Shown here: in pieces, positions 1 through 8,696 of the stretch
Layout: every line of letters starts with the position of its first letter
Numbering within the stretch: position 1 is the stretch's first letter
Assembly (NCBI GenBank): GCA_038108555.1
Contig: JAYNIA010000065.1
Coordinates: 1-12,146, forward strand
DNA from: Nitrospinota bacterium
GTDB lineage: Bacteria; Nitrospinota; Nitrospinia; Nitrospinales; VA-1
Direction: 5' to 3'
Length of the DNA: 12,146 nt
Notes under the pieces: generated by a model
Seen by the model: only the letters and a program-made list of their open reading frames with translations
Database searches by the model: none
What the model was told of the DNA's origin: nothing
Made by a program: the position numbers and the translations under genes

Positions 1-392
1 CAAAGCGGCGTGGTTGTGTAATCTTTTTCCGGGTCCAGCTTAACCCTTTCCTTGGCTTCTTTGCGCACACCAGGTTTCAGAAGATCATATGTCCCTCCAT
101 GAGGAGAGTTTTTCCATGCCTGGTAATAAGGGTCGTGACAACTTCCATTACATTTAACCGCGCCCACAAATTTAGGCTTTTTGCGTAAATCCTTGACAGC
201 CTTAGCCCGTTTTTTCGGTTTGACCTTCCAGCGGTCAAACATGGCGATTTCGTCTTCAGTCAATTTGAGTTTTTTCTTTTTTTTCTTTTTGGCATCTACC
301 TCACCACCTGTTCCAAAGACCAGGACAAGAGCCACCAAAACCAAGCTCAGAAATTTCAATGCTTTTCCCATCACTAATGTTCCTTTATTCAC
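1..392 (-). CDS. Cytochrome c554 (CycA)-like periplasmic multiheme cytochrome c, N-terminal part (runs off the window edge)
   Basis: Not in the ORF track; translated by hand. GTG at 392 follows SD AAGGAGG (397-403), with an alternative in-frame ATG at 371. Sequence: MNKGTLVMGKALKFLSLVLVALVLVFGTGGEVDA-KKKKKKKLKLTEDEIAMFDRWKVKPKKRAKAVKDLRKKPKFVGAVKCNGSCHDPYYQAWKNSPHGGTYDLLKPGVRKEAKERVKLDPEKDYTTTPL(C?). It has a signal-peptide-like hydrophobic stretch. FxG..KC..CH......W....H......LKP.V.KEAK...KLDP.KDYT matches the Nitrosomonas c554 N-terminus as I recall it. Confidence 0.88.
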   Translation of the reverse strand, partial: MNKGTLVMGKALKFLSLVLVALVLVFGTGGEVDAKKKKKKKLKLTEDEIAMFDRWKVKPKKRAKAVKDLRKKPKFVGAVKCNGSCHDPYYQAWKNSPHGGTYDLLKPGVRKEAKERVKLDPEKDYTTTPL

Positions 393-460
393 GACCCCTC
401 CTTGATCTTTTTAACGAGGTAAATTTTTGCGAAAAAAACCCTTCAATATACACAATGGAA

Positions 461-489
461 AGGATAGTATAAATACCTCAACGGGTCAA
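461..489 (-). promoter_or_regulatory. Putative sigma70 promoter for the c554-like gene
   Basis: Minus strand TTGACC(489-484)-N17-TATCCT(466-461), about 70 nt upstream of the GTG start. Confidence 0.55.
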
Positions 490-556
490 TACCCATTTAG
501 CTTAAATATTTGATTAATAAAGTAAAATTTAATTTATCCTGCTTCTCCACAAACTC

Positions 557-1600
557 TTGAAAACCAACCTTTCTGATTTCGATTTTGATCTTCCTTCTGA
601 GTTAATTGCGCAAAAGCCGCTTTCTCAACGTGACCAATCTCGATTGCTTGTTGTAGACAGGAAAAAGGGGACTCTAATCCATGATGTTTTCTCTAATTTG
701 AGCCACCACCTTCCCCAGCATCCTTTGATGGTATTCAATAATACGCAAGTTATCCCGGCAAAGTTATTTGCGACCTTAGAACATAGCGGAAAAGTTAGAG
801 AAATTATTTTGACCCGGGAAATTTCTGCAACCGTCTGGGAAGTTCTTATGAAAGGAAAAATAAAACCCGGAACCAAATTGATTTTCCAGGGAAGTGAGTT
901 GATTGGAAAATTCATAAAAAGAAATGCAGAACGTGCGGTGATTGAATTTTCATCGCAACAAATGCTACAGGAATATATAAAAAACTTTGGCAGAATGCCG
1001 CTTCCCCCCTATATTCGCCGCCAACAGGAAGATAAGATGAAGTCCCAAGAGGATATGGTTCGCTACCAAACCGTTTATGCATCAAAAATTGGAGCCATTG
1101 CCGCACCCACAGCCGGACTGCACTTTACTAAAAACCATATAAGAAAATTAAGGGATAAAAAGTTTGGGATGGCTTATCTCACCCTTCATGTGGGACCAGG
1201 AACATTTAAACCCATTCGTTCCGATGATTATTCAAAACATGAAATGGAAGCGGAAGCTTATCGAATCACACCCAGAAACTGGAATTTGATTTCAGAATCC
1301 AAGAAGGAAGGACGGCCCATTCTGGCCGTGGGAACAACTTCTACCCGGGTCTTGGAAACCCAGACTTTTACAGAACCCATCCAGAAAACACGATCTGGAT
1401 GGACCAATTGCTTCATTGTCCCTGGGTGGGACTTTAAAAACGTAGACCATTTGCTCACCAATTTCCACCTTCCAAAATCGACCCTTTTCTTGCTTGTTTC
1501 AGCATTTGGGGGTAAAGCTTTGGCAAAAAAGGCTTACAGAGAAGCCATAAACGAAAAATATCGTTTTTTCAGCTATGGTGATGCAATGCTTTGGTTGTAG
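557..1600 (+). CDS. queA: S-adenosylmethionine:tRNA ribosyltransferase-isomerase
   Basis: QueA motifs DFDFDLPSELIAQ, VFNNTQVIPA, PLPPYI, YQTVYA, AAPTAGLHFT, TLHVGPGTF, AVGTTS, LLTNFHLPKSTL and YRFFSYGDAM. TTG start. Confidence 0.97.
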   Translation: MKTNLSDFDFDLPSELIAQKPLSQRDQSRLLVVDRKKGTLIHDVFSNLSHHLPQHPLMVFNNTQVIPAKLFATLEHSGKVREIILTREISATVWEVLMKGKIKPGTKLIFQGSELIGKFIKRNAERAVIEFSSQQMLQEYIKNFGRMPLPPYIRRQQEDKMKSQEDMVRYQTVYASKIGAIAAPTAGLHFTKNHIRKLRDKKFGMAYLTLHVGPGTFKPIRSDDYSKHEMEAEAYRITPRNWNLISESKKEGRPILAVGTTSTRVLETQTFTEPIQKTRSGWTNCFIVPGWDFKNVDHLLTNFHLPKSTLFLLVSAFGGKALAKKAYREAINEKYRFFSYGDAMLWL

Positions 1601-1626
1601 CGGTACGACCCTTGGCCAAGATTAAA

Positions 1627-1917
1627 TCAAGTCGTACCTTCACCCTCGTCTACCGCCTGCTTGAAAAACTTACCCGACTTAAAGCGAACTACTTTACGGG
1701 CTGAAATTTCAGCCTCTTCTCCTGTTTTGGGGTTTCTTCCTACGCGCTTGGATTTAGCCCGTACCTGAAATGTCCCAAAACGACGCAAGATAACCGGTTC
1801 ACCATGGCCCAAAGATTCTTTAATTAACTCAATCACTGTTTCCACAGCCTCTTCTGCTTTGGCTCTGGACAGACTGGCCCGAGATGAAACCTGATTGATG
1901 ATATCTTGTTTGGTCAT
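1627..1917 (-). CDS. ihfA: IHF/HU family histone-like DNA-binding protein, IHF alpha-like
   Basis: MTKQDII..., FGTFQVR, GRNPKTGEEAEISARKVVRFKSGK. The 'ARKVV-F' arm resembles IHF-alpha more than HU or IHF-beta. SD AAGGAGGG directly upstream. Family assignment is certain; subunit assignment is less so. Confidence 0.85.
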   Translation of the reverse strand: MTKQDIINQVSSRASLSRAKAEEAVETVIELIKESLGHGEPVILRRFGTFQVRAKSKRVGRNPKTGEEAEISARKVVRFKSGKFFKQAVDEGEGTT

Positions 1918-2085
1918 GCTCCCTCCTTAAAAACAAGCTATTAAAATTTATAAATGGCTATTAGTCTTTAATTAAAACTTTCAGACAAACTGCCTCCACA
2001 ACCAATTTGCCTTAAAAGTAATTTCCCATAAGACTCCTCCAAGATGCCCCATGGAAAATCCCATATATTTTAAATCGGTGCATTT

Positions 2086-2113
2086 ACTTTACCACTTAAA
2101 TTAAAAATATCAA
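2086..2113 (-). promoter_or_regulatory. Putative sigma70 (extended -10) promoter for the IHF gene
   Basis: Minus strand TTGATA(2113-2108)-N16-TAAAGT(2091-2086) with a TGn extension. This would give a leader of about 160 nt. Confidence 0.4.
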
Positions 2114-2312
2114 TCATTAATTCAAGAATTTAGCAGATTTTCGCCCTTCCAAAAATTGACTCATTTTTGGGTTGACAAGGTATCAATTTGGGGCAAGAAA
2201 CAAGACAGAGATAACCATTTATTTAAAAAGGTTTATGGTTCAGGAGAACCCACAGCTAAAATGTTTGAGGAAAATTAAGAGAGGATTTAAAAAAAATAAA
2301 TTTCTACAGGAA

Positions 2313-2627
2313 CTATTTCACATGCGGGAGCATGGACCGGGTAGATACAATTCTGTAAATTTGATCGCCCTTTTTGGCAAGATTAAGCTTTTCCCGGGCG
2401 ATTTTTTCGATGGCATAAGGATCCGATTTCAGGGCGTGGATGTTTTTTCTAAGTAAATCGTTTTGTCGTCGTAACCCTTCATTTTCTTCTTTCATTTTCA
2501 CCTGTTCCTGCTCGAACCGGTAGGCATTCAAAATTCCATTTTCATGAAACACTGCCATTATCATCAGCAGCATAAAAAAACCCAGGCTGAGTAAAATAAT
2601 TTTTTGATAATTAGAATTGATGCTCAT
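2313..2627 (-). CDS. ftsB: Septum formation initiator FtsB/DivIC family protein
   Basis: 104 aa with a single N-terminal TM helix, a coiled coil, and the IEKIAREKLNLAKKGDQIY motif (E..AR..L....GE/D..Y). It lies directly downstream of eno, the conserved eno-ftsB order. Confidence 0.9.
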   Translation of the reverse strand: MSINSNYQKIILLSLGFFMLLMIMAVFHENGILNAYRFEQEQVKMKEENEGLRRQNDLLRKNIHALKSDPYAIEKIAREKLNLAKKGDQIYRIVSTRSMLPHVK

Positions 2628-2667
2628 AAAACCAGAAAAAATTTTTTAACGAAAATAAAACTATTTA

Positions 2668-5252
<2,585 letters not shown>

Positions 5253-5256
5253 TTAC

Positions 5257-6108
5257 TCAGCCAAAAAGAATTGAAAGATCATTTTTCAGGTTTGCCTGAA
5301 TTTTTGAGGGATCGGTGACGACCGCCTGTTTTGCTGCATCTGCACAACAGCAAGAATCCACATTATCCAACATGGGAACCAGTTCATTGATAACCTTTTG
5401 CGCTCTTTCAACATTTTGATGCATGATTTCAAGAACAGCCTCTAAGGTCACCGGTTCTTCTTCTATATGCCAACAATCATAATCAGTGACCAATGCCAGG
5501 GTTGAATAACACATACCCGCCTCACGGGCGAGTTTTGCTTCTGTCACATTGGTCATCCCGATCACGTCCACCCCCCACTGCCTATAAACATTCGATTCCG
5601 CACGTGTGGAAAACTGCGGCCCCTCAATACAAATATAAGTTCCGCCTTTATGGACAGTGGCCCCTGCTTTCTCGGCAGCTTGGAAAAGGACAGAAGCAAC
5701 CTGACCGCAAATGGGATCTGCCAGACTCACATGCCCCACCATCCCGGTGGTAAAAAATGTTCCGATTCGGCGATGGGTCCGGTCGATAAACTGATCCGGA
5801 ACCACAAAATGTCCGGGTGGATATTCCTCCTTCATGCTACCCACCGCACTTACAGAAATAATTTTCTCAACACCAATTTTTTTCATTGCAAAAATATTGG
5901 CCCTAAAATTTATCTCAGAAGGTGGAATGAAATGCCCAACTCCATGACGGGGAAGGAAAGCCATTTTTTTTCCGCGTAAAGTTCCAAGAATGATTTCGTC
6001 GGAGGGATCGCCAAAGGGAGTTTCCACCTTGACCTTTTCACTGATATCAAGACCTTCCATTTTGTACAAACCACTACCACCAATAACACCCAAAATCTCG
6101 TCTGACAT
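5257..6108 (-). CDS. mtnP: S-methyl-5'-thioadenosine phosphorylase
   Basis: GVIGGSGLY, TPFGDPSD, FLPRHG, AVGS, PDQFIDRT, EGPQFSTRAES, VIGMT..EAKLARE, VTDYDCW. ATG at 6108 follows SD AAGGGAG; the ORF track uses the adjacent TTG at 6111. Confidence 0.95.
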   Translation of the reverse strand: MSDEILGVIGGSGLYKMEGLDISEKVKVETPFGDPSDEIILGTLRGKKMAFLPRHGVGHFIPPSEINFRANIFAMKKIGVEKIISVSAVGSMKEEYPPGHFVVPDQFIDRTHRRIGTFFTTGMVGHVSLADPICGQVASVLFQAAEKAGATVHKGGTYICIEGPQFSTRAESNVYRQWGVDVIGMTNVTEAKLAREAGMCYSTLALVTDYDCWHIEEEPVTLEAVLEIMHQNVERAQKVINELVPMLDNVDSCCCADAAKQAVVTDPSKIQANLKNDLSILFG

Positions 6109-6281
6109 CAATTCTCCCTTTTATTAGATATTGGACTTTTAATGAATAACATTGGGTTTAACAAAAATATTTTTTATTAAAATTTAAAATTGGAATAAAC
6201 AGGATGGCACATCCATTTGAAGTAACAGGATACCAGGGAGAGTAAGGCCTCGCCTTTACCTAATTAAGGAACAATCTCAAC

Positions 6282-8564
6282 TTAACCCGGATTGTTTTTT
6301 TTATTTTCCACTTCACTCAACAAAAATTTCAATTCTGTTATCTGTTCACCGGCTTTGCTGATAACAGCTTCTTCCTTCTTCAGGTTCTGCACCTTGACAT
6401 TCACATCTTCTGCCAGCAGGTTCAACATGCTTAATCGCTTGTCCACCTCATCTAACACATTGATTTTGCTATTTAGAATATCGATTTTCGTTTCTGCATC
6501 TTCAGTGATGGTGGTTAATTTTTCAATATTCAGATTGATTTTATCCAGGTTTTCCCGCTCTTTTTCGATCCTCTCTCTTTCTGCATTTGTGCGGTTGATA
6601 ACGATTTCAAGCTCACCCAGAGCCTGTTGAGTTTTCTTCACCTTTTCTTCATTACTGGAAACTTTGGCGATCCGCGATTCTGTTCTTTCAAGGATATTAT
6701 TGAGGTGGTCCATTTTCTTTTCAATCTCAAGCATGGACTCCTGCTTTTCATCGATGTTCTCCTGGCGCTCCCGTAAGTATTTCATCAAAGCATCCAGTTC
6801 CCGAAGTTTGTCTTCAGTTTTCTCTACCTTGACTGATTCCTTATTGAGCTCTTCTACTTTTTCCTCAAAATTGGAAGTCACTTGCCCAAGTTCATTTCGT
6901 ATCAGATCAATTTTTCCGATCTCATCCTTGGCTTCCTGAACTTCCTTGAACCGTGTGCGTAATTCAATTTCCTGGATACTCAGCTTGGACGAAATATTAT
7001 TCATCCTTTTTTCCTGGTCATCGATGGCCGCTTTCTCTTTTGCAAGGTCTAAAATTTTCTCTTCCACCAGATTTGCCATCGACTTCAAGTCTTCAAGCTT
7101 CTGATCAATTTTCTCAAGAAAGTCGATCTTCTTGGTGACCTTGGCAATTTTGATATTCGCTTCTTCAATGAAGAAGTCAAGACCATCGACCTTCTTTTCC
7201 ATTTTTTCGATCAGTGCTTTTCTTTGCATCTGGGTTTCCATTTTCACATCCAGACTGATCACCATGGAACTGAGGTCATTGATTTTTTTATCGACCTGAT
7301 CCACCAACTGCTGCTTACGGATTATTTCATCCATCTGCTGCTGTGTGGATTCGTTGAGAACATCAACTTGCTTTAAAGTATCTGTAATGGTATCGATCTT
7401 TTTCAGGTCCTGATCCAAGCGCGATACTTTTTGCTCGGCCTCTTCCGCCATCACATTGAACCGCCCCATCCTCTCATTGGCATCGTCAATGATTTTCATC
7501 TCATCCTTAAGAATTTTCATCTTATTGCTAAGATTGTCGATCAGGAAAGAATTCAGCTTGTGGATCTTCTCTTCGGTCTTTTCAATAATAGATTTTTCAT
7601 CGTGTATCCGCGAAATCTTGGTCTCAACGTCAACGGAAACAGAGTCCAGTTCACGCAGGCGACCGGTAACACTGCGGATCAGTTCATTTTTCACAGAAAT
7701 GTTTTTGGATTCTATTTTCAGTTCACTGATCTGTTGCATCAGGCTGTTTAGAGAGTCCTGTGTCTCCTGGATCATGTGGTTCTGTCCCAGCAACCTCTCG
7801 TAATCTTCCTGAACTGTGACCAAAACCTTTTTCAACTCCTCCGTATCGCGGGTATGGTTATCTATGGTTTCCTTATCCTGCTTGATCCGGTCATACTTGT
7901 TCTCCAACTCCACCAAAGTTTCTTTCATCAACCCAATTTTCCCGGAAGCGGATTTCAGGAGGCCTTTCATGTTGACCACATCCTGAACCTGACTCGATAC
8001 ACTATCGAGAATATGCTCCAGTCGGTTCACATTGTGGTCTGCAGATTTTATTAGTTTGGCTTCTTCACGGATCTTTTTGACTTTCGAATCCATATCCCAA
8101 ACCAGCACATTCAAGCGGCCTGCATCTTCGTTGGCTTTTTCTACAATCACGCGTTGCTGGTTCAGGCTTTTGGTTTTTTGGTCCACATGCTCATTGAGTA
8201 GATGCAACTCGTCCAATTCCCTTTTCAGGGTATTGTAATTAGAGGAAAGTTCTTTGGAAATGCGTTGAAAGTCGCGGATGCGCCCATCGAAGGTTTTGAT
8301 TTCTTCAAAACGCACATTTAATGAATCGAGTTTACGAAGGGTATCTGGAACCTGACCGCTCATACGGTCAAAGAATTGTTTTCTTTCATCCATCTCCTCC
8401 GACTTCTTCTCAAAATATTCCACAAGAAGTTGGAGATTTTTGCGTTCGTTAGCGGCCTGCTTGAGCAATTCTTTAAATTCTTTCGGATCAAAGCCAGCAG
8501 GAACTTCTGAGCTCTGTCCGCCTGCCGACCCTCTGGGATTTTCGGTTCCGGATTTTTCTGCCAT
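6282..8564 (-). CDS. Hypothetical 760-aa long coiled-coil protein with 31-residue repeats
   Basis: Long ORF rich in E/K/L/I, with no Pro between residues 74 and 758 and no Cys. No TM segment, signal peptide or Walker A/B motif. SD-like AGGA at 8573-8576 and its own promoter. Confidence 0.92.
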   Translation of the reverse strand: MAEKSGTENPRGSAGGQSSEVPAGFDPKEFKELLKQAANERKNLQLLVEYFEKKSEEMDERKQFFDRMSGQVPDTLRKLDSLNVRFEEIKTFDGRIRDFQRISKELSSNYNTLKRELDELHLLNEHVDQKTKSLNQQRVIVEKANEDAGRLNVLVWDMDSKVKKIREEAKLIKSADHNVNRLEHILDSVSSQVQDVVNMKGLLKSASGKIGLMKETLVELENKYDRIKQDKETIDNHTRDTEELKKVLVTVQEDYERLLGQNHMIQETQDSLNSLMQQISELKIESKNISVKNELIRSVTGRLRELDSVSVDVETKISRIHDEKSIIEKTEEKIHKLNSFLIDNLSNKMKILKDEMKIIDDANERMGRFNVMAEEAEQKVSRLDQDLKKIDTITDTLKQVDVLNESTQQQMDEIIRKQQLVDQVDKKINDLSSMVISLDVKMETQMQRKALIEKMEKKVDGLDFFIEEANIKIAKVTKKIDFLEKIDQKLEDLKSMANLVEEKILDLAKEKAAIDDQEKRMNNISSKLSIQEIELRTRFKEVQEAKDEIGKIDLIRNELGQVTSNFEEKVEELNKESVKVEKTEDKLRELDALMKYLRERQENIDEKQESMLEIEKKMDHLNNILERTESRIAKVSSNEEKVKKTQQALGELEIVINRTNAERERIEKERENLDKINLNIEKLTTITEDAETKIDILNSKINVLDEVDKRLSMLNLLAEDVNVKVQNLKKEEAVISKAGEQITELKFLLSEVENKKNNPG
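6285..8207 (-). repeat. Protein-level tandem array of about 20 x 31-aa coiled-coil repeats (residues 120-760)
   Basis: Manual register gives 18 units of exactly 31 aa, one of 32, one of 35 and a final partial unit. Hydrophobic residues recur at positions 1, 4/5, 8, 12, 15, 22, 25 and 29, and K is frequent at 11. Confidence 0.85.
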
Positions 8565-8630
8565 ATCGAATGTCCTGTTAATTATTTTTACAGAAAAAAG
8601 AGTCGCCCAAATACTCTAAGGCACTATGTT

Positions 8631-8659
8631 TTTATATACTTATGGGCATTCAATGTCAA
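8631..8659 (-). promoter_or_regulatory. Near-consensus sigma70 promoter for the coiled-coil gene
   Basis: Minus strand TTGACA(8659-8654)-N17-TATAAA(8636-8631), an 11/12 match to consensus. Confidence 0.7.
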
Positions 8660-8696
8660 GTAAGGAAGGCAAAACAAGGGTATCCAGGAAGGATCG

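Noticed and set aside
181..405. Plus-strand 74-aa ORF with poly-Phe
   Set aside because: It is the antisense shadow of the c554-like gene; the poly-F mirrors the poly-K.
2172..2186. FNR box
   Set aside because: The spacer is N5 rather than the N4 of TTGAT-N4-ATCAA.
2172..2456. Plus-strand 94-aa ORF
   Set aside because: TTG start without SD, overlaps ftsB antisense, and has no recognisable motif.
6205..6220. Sigma54-like TGGCAC site
   Set aside because: Lacks the GC at -12 (GG-N10-TG) and points antisense to the flanking genes.
6241..6260. Hairpin after the coiled-coil gene as a terminator
   Set aside because: Short bulged stem with no U-tract on the minus strand; not supportable as an intrinsic terminator.
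6292..8238. Multiple Ser/Phe/Ile-rich plus-strand ORFs
   Set aside because: Antisense artefacts of the E/K-rich coiled-coil gene.
6282..8564. SMC/SbcC/MukB, MCP or tape-measure annotation for the coiled-coil protein
   Set aside because: No Walker A/B or signature motif, hinge, CxxC zinc hook, TM helices or MCP hairpin motif, and no phage genes nearby.
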